Source: Cytophagaceae bacterium (lineage in GTDB: Bacteria > Bacteroidota > Bacteroidia > Cytophagales > Cytophagaceae). Taken from it: DNA of 64,000 bases. The translations under genes and the position numbers were made by a program. The notes beneath the pieces were generated by a model. It did not search any database, was not told the origin of the DNA, and was given only the letters and a program-made list of their open reading frames with translations. The stretch is from contig JAXLVA010000001.1 in the NCBI GenBank assembly GCA_046329235.1, positions 2,513,409 through 2,577,408 of the forward strand, written 5' to 3'. Positions 47,781-56,831 of the stretch are shown here, in pieces. Each line of letters opens with the position of its first letter. Within the stretch, counting starts at the first letter, position 1.

Positions 47781-49901
47781 TTATTTAAATAATTGAAAAA
47801 AGGCAAAACTAACCAGATAGGCCAAGCCTGTCATGTAAGTAAACTGTAAAATTGGCCACTTCCAAGACTTAGTTTCCCTGTAAACAATGGCCAAAGTACT
47901 CATGCATTGGAGGGCAAACAGGTAAAATAGAAGTAAGGATCCGGTTCTTGCAAAAGTGTAAAATGGCTGCCCTTGTTCGTCTTTTACTTGCGCTAACTTT
48001 TCACGGATGGTATCCTCCTCTTCAGAATCTCCTACACTATATATAGTAGCCATCGTTCCTATAAAAACTTCTCTGGCTGCAAACGATGTGATGATGGCAA
48101 TCCCGATTTTCCAGTCGTAACCCAGCGGACGAATCACCGGTTCTATAAAATTCCCGAACTGACCGGCATAGGAAGCTTTTAACTTAGCAGAACTTAACTC
48201 TGCCTCCGTTTGATCCGCATCCCAGTTTTCAGCCAATGCCATTTCGTTCACCCTCTTTTCCGCCCGTTCCATTGAATCCGACGGACCATACGATGCCAAG
48301 AACCAAAGAATAATAGAAATAGCTAATATAACTTTACCCGCTTCAAACGTAAACGTTTTTACTTTTTCTAAAATAGTCAAGCCTACGTTTTTCAAACGCG
48401 GGAATTGGTACGCAGGAAATTCCATGATGAAGGTACTTCTCTCCTTTTTCCCTAACCACTTATTTAATAAAGCGGCACTCAATATAGCGCTGATAAAACC
48501 TAATAAATATAAACCCATCATCACCACACCTTGCATATTGAATAGAGACACTCCCCCAACCGACAACATCGATTGAGCAGGAATCATCAAACCAATTAAA
48601 ACGATAAACACCGGAATACGTGCCGAACAACTCATCAGCGGAGTTACAAAAATCGTAATCATACGCTCCTTCCACGACTCAATACTTCGGGTAGACATAA
48701 TCGCCGGAACCGCACAAGCCACGCCCGATATCAACGGAACCACACTACGACCATTCAATCCAAACGGACGCATCAGCTTATCCATGATGTACATCACACG
48801 TGTCATGTAACCACTCTCTTCTAAGATGGCAATGCAAGCAAATAATATCGATATCTGAGGAATGAAAATCAGCACGCCTTCTAAACCGGACAATACCCCT
48901 TCCACGATGAAGTCTTTCAATACTCCATCCGGCAGATAAGCCGACACCGAATCTTTCACACCTGCAAAGAAGGATTCAATCCAACTCATAGGTAACTCCG
49001 ACCAAGCAAAGATGGATTGGAATAATAAAAACAGAATGGCTAAGAAGATGAAGTAACCCCACACTTTGTGCGTGACAACTCTATCTACTCGTTTACTCCA
49101 ACGAATCTTGGCTAAGCGCGCATCCTCTTTCATCACTTTGTGAATGATGGTATGAATGGCTTCGTAGCGAGCCAGCGTTTCTTGATATTGTAATTTCTTA
49201 CTGTTCCAGGTAATCTCTTTTTCCCACTGTTCTATACGTTGTTTTTCCGACGGACTTAACACCGTGGTTTTCTCATGCATGTGCGCTAACAACAGCGCCA
49301 TGTAATCACTTTCAATCTGGAAAGTCTGACGAATACGTTTTACTAATTCCGGCGCCACTTGTGACGACTTGTAGAAACTATCCGGAACTACTTGCACCGG
49401 ACACATCATCGCCGCTTTCAACTCGTCTACCCCTTTACCATTACGCGCGTTGATTTCTACTATGGGAACGTTTAATTCTTTTTGAGCTACGTTAATGTCA
49501 ATCTGAATACCATTCTTTAAGGCTAAGTCCACCATGTTCAATGCCATGATCACAGGGAAGCCTAGATCTTTAATCTGCGTGAATAGTAAAAGATTACGTT
49601 TGAAGTTGGAGGCATCAATGATGACTACTAAAAAATCCGGTTTATCATGTCGAAGCGTGTCGGTTAAGTAGTCAAACACTACTTGTTCATCCAAGCTTCT
49701 AGGATAGATACTGTAGGTACCCGGCAAATCTATAATTTCAGCTTCTAAAGCATCACTTAACTTACAGTAACCAATCTTTTTGTCGACCGTCACACCCGGG
49801 AAGTTCCCTACCTTTTGATTCAAACCTGTAAGGTGATTGAATAGAGAAGATTTTCCGGCGTTGGGGTTACCGATTAAGGCTACTTTAAGTCTTTTTTTCA
49901 T
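47781..49901 (-). CDS. feoB: ferrous iron transporter B
   Basis: 706 aa with an N-terminal GTPase domain (IGNPNAGKSSLFN) and a C-terminal polytopic permease. Confidence 0.95.
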   Translation of the reverse strand: MKKRLKVALIGNPNAGKSSLFNHLTGLNQKVGNFPGVTVDKKIGYCKLSDALEAEIIDLPGTYSIYPRSLDEQVVFDYLTDTLRHDKPDFLVVIIDASNFKRNLLLFTQIKDLGFPVIMALNMVDLALKNGIQIDINVAQKELNVPIVEINARNGKGVDELKAAMMCPVQVVPDSFYKSSQVAPELVKRIRQTFQIESDYMALLLAHMHEKTTVLSPSEKQRIEQWEKEITWNSKKLQYQETLARYEAIHTIIHKVMKEDARLAKIRWSKRVDRVVTHKVWGYFIFLAILFLLFQSIFAWSELPMSWIESFFAGVKDSVSAYLPDGVLKDFIVEGVLSGLEGVLIFIPQISILFACIAILEESGYMTRVMYIMDKLMRPFGLNGRSVVPLISGVACAVPAIMSTRSIESWKERMITIFVTPLMSCSARIPVFIVLIGLMIPAQSMLSVGGVSLFNMQGVVMMGLYLLGFISAILSAALLNKWLGKKERSTFIMEFPAYQFPRLKNVGLTILEKVKTFTFEAGKVILAISIILWFLASYGPSDSMERAEKRVNEMALAENWDADQTEAELSSAKLKASYAGQFGNFIEPVIRPLGYDWKIGIAIITSFAAREVFIGTMATIYSVGDSEEEDTIREKLAQVKDEQGQPFYTFARTGSLLLFYLFALQCMSTLAIVYRETKSWKWPILQFTYMTGLAYLVSFAFFQLFK

Positions 49902-50146
49902 GCTTTAGGCTCGCTTAATAAAATGGTGGAAGCCTCTTCTTTGCGCATGGTCAGGTGGTACCCGCATACTTTGATACAGATAGGATCACCTAGTGGGGCC
50001 TTGCTATCCAGCTCTACTTCACATCCCGGCAGACAGCCCATTTCCAACAGTTTTAAAGACAACTCTTCTTCCGAAAAGCCTACAATAACCCCTCTTTCCC
50101 CAATGTTCAAATCCGATACGGTTTTATCAAATACAGGCTTTTCCAA
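49898..50146 (-). CDS. feoA: ferrous iron transport protein A
   Basis: 82 aa, FeoA-type small SH3-like protein. It has a TTG start, and its stop overlaps the feoB ATG (ATGA). Confidence 0.85.
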   Translation of the reverse strand: MEKPVFDKTVSDLNIGERGVIVGFSEEELSLKLLEMGCLPGCEVELDSKAPLGDPICIKVCGYHLTMRKEEASTILLSEPKA

Positions 50147-50217
50147 TGCTTATTTAGACTTATTTTAAACAAAAATACGCTTAATGCGGCTAGGAACAAA
50201 AGAGAAAAGTCACTTTT

Positions 50218-50379
50218 TGAAAACAGAAGGAAGAAAGAGGGTGGCGGAAGGGGGAAGTAGTTAATGTAGGGGGAATCACTGTTCTTTACCTTGCTCTTGC
50301 TCAAACTCTTGCGGTATGGGAGTAAAGAAAGAGAAACAGAAAGAGAGCGGTTGCTTCCTCACCCTCTTTCTGTTTCTCC
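50218..50379. repeat. nested imperfect palindrome built on the motif CCACCCTCTTTCT
   Basis: The outer arms are gaaaacagaaggaagaaagagggtgg (50218-50243) and ctcaccctctttctgtttctcc (50358-50379). There is also an inner perfect 15-bp stem, gagaaacagaaagag (50331-50345) / ctctttctgtttctc (50364-50378). G5 blocks lie between the arms. Confidence 0.8.
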
Positions 50380-50398
50380 TCACTCATTCTATTTATTG

Positions 50399-50536
50399 GG
50401 CGTGCCCCCTCGCCCACTCCTCATCCCATTTATCACCCTTACTGCGCTCGGGGTCGGGCTATCCGCTGCAATCCGCCGCGTAGGACTTTATATACAAAGA
50501 GATAATGTTGCCGCGGCGGGATTTCCGCTTCTATCC
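50399..50536. other. GC-rich structured non-coding segment (candidate ncRNA or repeat element)
   Basis: This segment is conspicuously GC-rich in an AT-rich region. It contains the local hairpin gggcg/cgccc. A longer stem aatccgccgcg (50470-50480) / cgcggcgggatt (50512-50523) encloses an AT-rich 31-nt loop. The only ORF over it (50291..50566) is low-complexity. Confidence 0.5.
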
Positions 50537-50727
50537 CTCACGCGGGGGAAGTCATATAAAACTTAAAATCCCAAAAAATCATATTTTATTAAGTACTAAA
50601 AAAATAAACATTCATTAGCGTGGTTGTTCAGATTTTTTTAAAGTGCAAAAACGACCCTCCCAAAGAAAAGTATCATCTTTTCTAACACTTATTAAATCTC
50701 TTAAAAACATAGCATACATGTAAAAAA

Positions 50728-50756
50728 ACAATTATATTGTTGTCACAAAATGACAA
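50728..50756. promoter_or_regulatory. two adjacent palindromes at the C-gene start (candidate C-box operator)
   Basis: ACAAT-N3-ATTGT (50728-50740) is followed by TTGTCA-N5-TGACAA (50740-50756). The second overlaps the ATG at 50750. Confidence 0.35.
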
Positions 50757-51076
50757 GTCAAATGAAGGAAACATTTGGAGAATATATAAAACGGCTTCGT
50801 ACAGAAAATGAATTAACTCTCACTCAACTCGCTGCTAAACTTGACTTGGACTCAGCAAATCTTAGTAAAATTGAAAATAACAAAAGAGAGTTTGATGAAA
50901 AACGACTCGAACTTTTAGCTAATGTTTTTAATCTTGATATTAATAAATTAAGAACAGAATACTTCAGTGATATGATCGCAAAGAAAATTTATGAAAACAA
51001 TTGCGACAGTGAAACGCTGATTTTAGCAGAACAAAAAGTTGAATATTTAAAATCAAAAAATCTTACAGCTATATGA
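50750..51076 (+). CDS. XRE-family HTH protein, probable R-M controller (C) protein
   Basis: 108 aa with the helix-turn-helix [25 protein letters not shown]. Its stop overlaps the methyltransferase ATG (ATGA). Confidence 0.7.
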   Translation: MTSQMKETFGEYIKRLRTENELTLTQLAAKLDLDSANLSKIENNKREFDEKRLELLANVFNLDINKLRTEYFSDMIAKKIYENNCDSETLILAEQKVEYLKSKNLTAI

Positions 51077-52122
51077 ACATAGTATCTTTTTTCGCAGGTG
51101 CAGGAGGCTTAGACCTAGGCTTTCAAAAAGCAGGTTTCAAAGTGATTTGGGCAAATGAATACGACAAAGATATTTGGGAAACGTACGAGAAAAACCACCC
51201 ACACACAATTTTAGACAGACGAAGTTTAGTAAATATTCCTGCTGAAGATGTTCCAGAATGTGATGGAATAATTGGGGGACCACCTTGTCAAAGCTGGAGT
51301 GAAGCTGGTGCAATGAAAGGTATTGAAGACAAAAGAGGTCAACTTTTTTATGACTTCATTAGAATTTTAGAAGCGAAACAGCCAAAGTTTTTTCTTGCTG
51401 AAAATGTAAGCGGAATGCTCTTAGGTAGGCATTCTGAAGCATTAGAAAACATAAAAACAATGTTCAGAAACGCAGGTGTTGGTTATGAACTTTCATTTGA
51501 AATGGTTAATGCTTGCGATTATAATGTTCCACAAGATAGAAAACGTGTAATCTTTGTAGGTATTCGAAAAGATTTGGGGTTTAAATATCAATTTGAAAAA
51601 CCAAACTTTCCGAAGTTAACGCTCCAGGAAACTATTTTCGATTTAAAGGACAGTGTATTACCTGCATTAGCTTACAACAAAACCAACGGGGATAAATGTG
51701 TTTTACCAAATCATGAATATATGATTGGTGATTTCTCAACAATTTTTATGTCAAGAAATAGAGTTAGAAGCTGGGACGAACAATCATTTACAATTCAAGC
51801 AGGAGGTAGACATGCTCCTATTCATCCACAGGCACCCAAAATGGAATTCATAGAAGAAAATGTAAGAATTTTTGTACCAGGTCAAGAGCATTTGTACAGA
51901 CGATTGAGTGTTAGAGAATGTGCAAGAATACAAACTTTTCCTGATGATTTTATTTTCTATTATACTAGCGTTCCAGCAGGGTATAAAATGATAGGAAATG
52001 CAGTTCCTGTTAATTTAGCAAAATATTTGGCTTTAAGTATTAAAGCACAAATTGAAGATGCAGAAACCAAATTCAAAGCAATGAATAAAACAAATTTAAA
52101 ATTAGAAACTGTATTATCGTAG
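51073..52122 (+). CDS. DNA (cytosine-5)-methyltransferase, M.HaeIII-like
   Basis: 349 aa with all the C5-MTase motifs: [61 protein letters not shown]. The variable region ([50 protein letters not shown]) closely resembles M.HaeIII as I remember it. That recollection is unverified. Confidence 0.9.
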   Translation: MNIVSFFAGAGGLDLGFQKAGFKVIWANEYDKDIWETYEKNHPHTILDRRSLVNIPAEDVPECDGIIGGPPCQSWSEAGAMKGIEDKRGQLFYDFIRILEAKQPKFFLAENVSGMLLGRHSEALENIKTMFRNAGVGYELSFEMVNACDYNVPQDRKRVIFVGIRKDLGFKYQFEKPNFPKLTLQETIFDLKDSVLPALAYNKTNGDKCVLPNHEYMIGDFSTIFMSRNRVRSWDEQSFTIQAGGRHAPIHPQAPKMEFIEENVRIFVPGQEHLYRRLSVRECARIQTFPDDFIFYYTSVPAGYKMIGNAVPVNLAKYLALSIKAQIEDAETKFKAMNKTNLKLETVLS

Positions 52123-52125
52123 ATT

Positions 52126-53085
52126 ATGGCAAGTCAAACAGTTAATGGAAAAGCGTTTGAATATGCTTTACTTTTTGAATTTTATGAACGTTTAAAAACC
52201 ATAACGAGTGTTTCAATTACTGAGAACGAACCATTTCAAAATGCTAAAGGATGTTTTGATAGTTTTGTTGAACAAGAACAAGATACGTTTAGAATTACTG
52301 CAAGTGCTGCTATAAATTTCTTAATTGATATTGAGCCCAGACTTTCAAATGGCATCAGCAAAGAAGATACTTTGATTCTTGAAATTGTGAGTGACCAAGC
52401 AGGACAATCAGGTGATGTTCGCGATGTTCTAATTATACGTTCTTTACAAAAATGGGAAATAGGGGTCTCTGCAAAAAACAATCATAGGGCTGTAAAGCAC
52501 TCCAGATTATCGTTAAATATTGACTTTGGAGAAAAATGGTTGAGTGTTCCATGTTCAAAAAATTACTTTGACGAAATCAAGCCTGTCTTTGATATGTTGA
52601 CAGATTTAAAAACAAAAAATAAATCTGCTAAATGGACTTCTATCGACAATATGCACCAAGTTGTTTACATTCCTATTTTAAATGCTTTTAGGAAAGAACT
52701 CTTACGTCTCGACAACGAAAACCCCAATATTGTCGCTGAGAATCTTGTCCAATATTTGATAGGTAATGAAGATTTTTATAAAGTTATAAAAGGCAATAAG
52801 AAAGTAGAAATTCAAGCCTATAATCTTAATGGAACTTTGAATTTACCGTTTGAAAGCAAAAAGCCTAAAGCAAAAATTCCTAAATTAAAGTTACCCTCTC
52901 GGTTAATTGAAATTGTTTATCAAGACAATTCAACAACGACATTATTGGTTTCATTAAATGAAGGGTGGCAAATATCATTTAGAATTCACAACGCTAGTTC
53001 AAGAGTAGAATCTTCATTGAAATTCGATATTAATCTTGTAAGTGCGCCTCATACATTATTTACAAATCACATTATTATAGCATAA
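52126..53085 (+). CDS. type II restriction endonuclease (predicted HaeIII-like, GGCC)
   Basis: 319 aa, starting 3 nt after the methyltransferase stop. It has a possible nuclease core around GDVRDVLIIRS ... WEIGVSAKNNH. Identity is inferred mainly from position and from its length being similar to R.HaeIII. Confidence 0.6.
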   Translation: MASQTVNGKAFEYALLFEFYERLKTITSVSITENEPFQNAKGCFDSFVEQEQDTFRITASAAINFLIDIEPRLSNGISKEDTLILEIVSDQAGQSGDVRDVLIIRSLQKWEIGVSAKNNHRAVKHSRLSLNIDFGEKWLSVPCSKNYFDEIKPVFDMLTDLKTKNKSAKWTSIDNMHQVVYIPILNAFRKELLRLDNENPNIVAENLVQYLIGNEDFYKVIKGNKKVEIQAYNLNGTLNLPFESKKPKAKIPKLKLPSRLIEIVYQDNSTTTLLVSLNEGWQISFRIHNASSRVESSLKFDINLVSAPHTLFTNHIIIA

Positions 53086-53242
53086 TATTCTTCGCAGTTG
53101 TTGGTATTTTCCCTCTGTATTATAAATAATTGAAGAAGCACCCTCTTCGACAACCTGCTCTTCGACATTTGCAATGCAATGTCGAAGCCAGATAAAGCGG
53201 ATTTGTAATTCGCCCACTTATTTAATAATTATAACTTATCCT

Positions 53243-53851
53243 ATGATTCACAAAATATTTATTCCTACCCTCATAGTTTTAACACTTTTCTCCTGCAATA
53301 ACGATCAGCAAAAATCCTCGCGTCCAAACGATACCATTCCAACTGCTCTAGCTGATAATAAATCTTCCTATGAGATTATATCCAAAAGAGCTTATGAAGA
53401 TATGGTAGAAAGTCTTTATAATGAACTGGTGAGCAAAGACATCAAGTTAAAAGAACTGGAGACTACAATTGATGAACTTAAAAAATCAAAAGGAGATACC
53501 ATAGAGCCGTTTGATAATTTCAATAGAAAAAATCTATCCTACTTTAACTCCGTCGACATTCATGTTTCTGCCATCAAAGACAGTCTGCTAAGAATGAAGA
53601 TGAAAAAGTTGGTAGAAGATCAAGCAGCAAAATACAATGCAAGCATTAAAGATCATGAGGAGCTATTAAGCCTCATCACCTCCAAAGAGCTATCTATGGA
53701 TGATCTTCATCAGGTGTTAAAAATTGTCAAAACCCTGCCGATGATAGACAAATACCAAACCAACAGCTTACCTTCCAAAAAGCCATTGGAAAAATACATC
53801 GAAAAACAAAAGCAAACCATTTACCTTGCTGACTCGCTTTCGAAAAATTAA
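53243..53851 (+). CDS. lipoprotein, coiled-coil-like, function unknown
   Basis: The signal plus lipobox MIHKIFIPTLIVLTLFSC starts at the ATG at 53243. The remainder is charged and helical-looking. I discount the ORF-track start at 53174. Confidence 0.6.
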   Translation: MIHKIFIPTLIVLTLFSCNNDQQKSSRPNDTIPTALADNKSSYEIISKRAYEDMVESLYNELVSKDIKLKELETTIDELKKSKGDTIEPFDNFNRKNLSYFNSVDIHVSAIKDSLLRMKMKKLVEDQAAKYNASIKDHEELLSLITSKELSMDDLHQVLKIVKTLPMIDKYQTNSLPSKKPLEKYIEKQKQTIYLADSLSKN

Positions 53852-53965
53852 CAAACTATACAATGGGCTGTTGGTCGTTGAATCAACAGCGGAAGTGGTA
53901 TCACAAAGAATAATAAGTGCGAATTAAATTTCGCCACGTCGGCAATCATTCAGACAACTAATAAG

Positions 53966-54541
53966 ATGACCATTGAACCATTGATTAATTACGTTTCAAA
54001 CCTTTTTGAAATTTCTGATAACGATACCAGTTTATTGACCCGTTATTTTAAAGTTGCCCATTTCTCCAAAGCATCCATTCTTGAAAAAGAAGGTGCCATT
54101 GCTCAAAACCTATATTTTGTTACCAATGGTTTGATAAGAACATTTTCTATGGAAGAGGGTACCGAAGTTACCGCCCAAATTGTAGGTAAAAATAATTTCA
54201 TCACCGGTTTCAATAGTTTTGTTTCTGAAATTAAATCCACTGAAACCATTCAATGTATTTCCGATTGTGAAGTACTTTATATCACTAAATCAGAATATGA
54301 AATTCTAACCAAGGAATGTGACATTTGGAGTGCTGTATGTAAACGGGTTTATGAAAAAACAATTACATTTCACCAACAACGAACAACAGACTTGCTAACG
54401 CTATCGGCAGAAAAGAGATATTTAAAATTGCTTACAGAGCGACCGGAATTAATTCAACAGGTACCCATCCAAATAATTGCTTCTTACATTGGGATTAAGC
54501 CCGAATCTTTGAGCAGAATTAGAAAAAAAATAATTTCCTAA
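53966..54541 (+). CDS. Crp/Fnr family transcriptional regulator
   Basis: 191 aa with a cNMP-binding-like N-terminal domain and a C-terminal HTH (IASYIGIKPESLSRIRKK). Confidence 0.8.
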   Translation: MTIEPLINYVSNLFEISDNDTSLLTRYFKVAHFSKASILEKEGAIAQNLYFVTNGLIRTFSMEEGTEVTAQIVGKNNFITGFNSFVSEIKSTETIQCISDCEVLYITKSEYEILTKECDIWSAVCKRVYEKTITFHQQRTTDLLTLSAEKRYLKLLTERPELIQQVPIQIIASYIGIKPESLSRIRKKIIS

Positions 54542-54606
54542 CATTTATCAAGTAGTATCTGTTTTTAAGAAGTGTACTTTGTATCCAACTTTTATTTTCT
54601 AAAAAG

Positions 54607-55320
54607 ATGCAAAGTATAATTCAGTTGTCCATTTTTCCATTGGGTATGATTAATTGTTTCCTCATAAAAGGTGAAAGAAAACATGTTTTGGTAGATACCG
54701 GCGTGCCCAACAGTGAAACGAAAATTATCAAACAACTACTCCAACACAACATCCCATTAGAAGATATTGGTTTAATCATTATAACACACGGACATATTGA
54801 CCACTTTGGAAGTGCCAAAGCATTGAAGGATATTTTACAAGTCCCTATTCTCATACACGAGCTTGATAAAATAGCTTTACAAACAGGGAAAAGTATGTTA
54901 GAGACATTAAACCCTAACCATAAATTTTGGGATATAGTACTTAAACCTGTCTTAACAAAAGATGTGGCTTTACCTTGTTTACCGGACATTGTACTAAACA
55001 AAAACGAAGAATTTGATTTAGCACCTTATGGGATCCATGGAAAAGTAATTCATACACCGGGACACACACCGGGTTCTTTATCTGTTATTCTTGACAACAG
55101 AAGTGCCATCATTATGGATTTGGCTTCGTCAGGAATATTACTTGGCGGAATTGCATTTAATACAAGAATGAAGCATCCTCCTTTTCACGACAATTTAGAA
55201 CAAGTAAAAAGCAGTATCAATCATCTTCTTTCATTGAATACGGAAACATTTTATCTTGGACACGGAAATCCGGTTTCAAGAAAGTCTTTAATAAATTATA
55301 GAGACAAATTTTTAAACTAA
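54607..55320 (+). CDS. MBL-fold metallo-hydrolase
   Basis: 237 aa with the HxHxDH motif (THGHIDHFG) and downstream HTPGHTPGS and GHG. Confidence 0.85.
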   Translation: MQSIIQLSIFPLGMINCFLIKGERKHVLVDTGVPNSETKIIKQLLQHNIPLEDIGLIIITHGHIDHFGSAKALKDILQVPILIHELDKIALQTGKSMLETLNPNHKFWDIVLKPVLTKDVALPCLPDIVLNKNEEFDLAPYGIHGKVIHTPGHTPGSLSVILDNRSAIIMDLASSGILLGGIAFNTRMKHPPFHDNLEQVKSSINHLLSLNTETFYLGHGNPVSRKSLINYRDKFLN

Positions 55321-55351
55321 CTAAAAAAACAGCACTAACAGCTTTTACAAT

Positions 55352-56032
55352 ATGGCATTTGAATTGAAAAACGTTGTTCCTTGGGGACGAAATTTAAAAG
55401 AATATAAAAGCATGTTTAAGTTAACAGACGCTGACTTGAACAAACAAATAATAAGCATAGGTGACGGTCCGGCAAGTTTTAATTACGAAATGACTCGTTT
55501 GTCCAAAAGTGTGGTATCACTTGACCCTATATATCAGTTTACTGAAAGTGAATTAACTCAGAGAATAGAAGAAACCAAAGACATAGTTATAGAACAGATG
55601 AGCAAGAATAAGGATAATTTCATCTGGACAAATTATAAGGATATTGAAGAATTAGAAAGTGTTCGATTATCAGCGATGAATGACTTTTTGAAAGATTTTG
55701 AAATAGGTAAAAAAGAAAAACGATATGTAACTCACTCGATGCCGGAGAAGACTTCCTTTCCCGACTTAACATTTGAGTTAGGGTTAAGTTCACATTTCTT
55801 AGTTCTCTATTCTCAACTTGGACTGGAATTTCACATTCCATCCATCAATGAAATGCTTAGGATTGCGAAGGAAATTAGAATATTCCCACTCTTGAATCTG
55901 GATGCTAAAAAATCAGAATTAGTAGACGCTTTGATAGCTTATTTTCAAACAGACTATATAGTAAAAATTGAAAAGGTTGATTATGAATTTCAAAAGAATG
56001 GAAATGAAATGTTAACCATAAAAAGAAAATAA
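55352..56032 (+). CDS. SAM-dependent methyltransferase-like protein
   Basis: 226 aa with N-terminal VVPWGRNLKEYKSMFKLTDADL and a motif I-like IISIGDGPASFNYE. The assignment is tentative. Confidence 0.5.
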   Translation: MAFELKNVVPWGRNLKEYKSMFKLTDADLNKQIISIGDGPASFNYEMTRLSKSVVSLDPIYQFTESELTQRIEETKDIVIEQMSKNKDNFIWTNYKDIEELESVRLSAMNDFLKDFEIGKKEKRYVTHSMPEKTSFPDLTFELGLSSHFLVLYSQLGLEFHIPSINEMLRIAKEIRIFPLLNLDAKKSELVDALIAYFQTDYIVKIEKVDYEFQKNGNEMLTIKRK

Positions 56033-56035
56033 AAA

Positions 56036-56638
56036 ATGAAACTACGAACCTACATTGTCTTCGCCTTGTTTTTCACTCTGGGCTCATTCAATGCCTACTC
56101 ACAAGATTCCATCAGTAAATCAGCGTCAAATAAATCAAGTCAGATTTATATAGAAACGGATCCAACCGCTCTATTTTTTAACGGTTTCTCTTTAGCAGTA
56201 AGGAGAAGTTCAACACTAGCAAAAATTTTAAATCTAGGCTTAGGTATTTATACAACCAAACTGCCAGACTTTTACATAGAAGCTGAAGAAACGAATAAAG
56301 GAAAGGGATGGGAAGGTCGAAATATGGGAATTGATGGTTTCATAGATTACTATATTTTCAATCCAAACAAGGGACTAAGCGTGGGTCTAACTTTATCATT
56401 ATATAAATTTTCGATTGAAAGGAACAACCAGCAAACTAGCTACCATTCATTCATTGAGACCTTACGCATAGGTTATCTTTGGAGACCAATCAAAAAGTTT
56501 GATTCAGTATACGTGTTTCCATGGGTTGGACTTTCAACCGGTCAAAAAATTTCAGGGAATAATGAAATAGATGGAGAAACGTTTACAACTCCTAAGTGGA
56601 ATTTTGTTCCTGCATTTCAAATTGGATACAGTTTTTAA
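56036..56638 (+). CDS. small outer-membrane beta-barrel-like protein
   Basis: 200 aa with signal peptide MKLRTYIVFALFFTLGSFNAYSQ and a C-terminal QIGYSF. Confidence 0.5.
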   Translation: MKLRTYIVFALFFTLGSFNAYSQDSISKSASNKSSQIYIETDPTALFFNGFSLAVRRSSTLAKILNLGLGIYTTKLPDFYIEAEETNKGKGWEGRNMGIDGFIDYYIFNPNKGLSVGLTLSLYKFSIERNNQQTSYHSFIETLRIGYLWRPIKKFDSVYVFPWVGLSTGQKISGNNEIDGETFTTPKWNFVPAFQIGYSF

Positions 56639-56749
56639 AAATGATTAGTGACGAGGCAAACACTCTGCTAGGCAGGCGTTATTCAACCCCTTCAGGGTTG
56701 GCAAAATATCATGATTAGTCATTTAAAAACACACCAGGAGTGCGGGCAC

Positions 56750-56778
56750 CACCCTCTTTCTGTTTCTGTTTCTGTTTC
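56750..56778. repeat. second copy of CACCCTCTTTCTGTTTCT followed by (TGTTTC)3
   Basis: The 18-mer at 56750-56767 is identical to 50360-50377, and its tgtttc tail is tandemly triplicated. It lies ~55 nt downstream of the murF-alr stop. Confidence 0.85.
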
Positions 56779-56831
56779 TGACCTCCTGCATGATGATGCG
56801 AACATTCACCATTTACAATTCACCATTCTTA

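Noticed and set aside
50147-50220. Fur box upstream of feoA
   Set aside because: I found no convincing 19-bp GATAATGATAATCATTATC-like palindrome on either strand. I cannot exclude a divergent Bacteroidota-type site.
50099-50281. Apparent 1-nt offset between the printed bases and the ORF-track frames
   Set aside because: When I hand-translated feoA, the 81-aa ORF at 49923..50168 and the 65-aa ORF at 50107..50304, the frames fit only under two assumptions: one more C near 50099-50101 and one fewer G near 50280. I attribute this to my own reading of homopolymer runs rather than to a frameshift or pseudogene. Treat small-motif coordinates in this interval as +/-1.
50291-50566. 91-aa ORF across the GC-rich block
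   Set aside because: It has a TTG start and no promoter or RBS context. The translation is low-complexity (ERETERER, poly-L/P/S), and the reading frame simply follows palindromic GC-rich DNA. I treat it as non-coding structure.
50147-56831. Calling the accessory segment a mobile element
   Set aside because: There is no integrase, transposase, relaxase or tRNA target in the window. I report it only as a finding with flanking repeats, not as a mobile_element feature.
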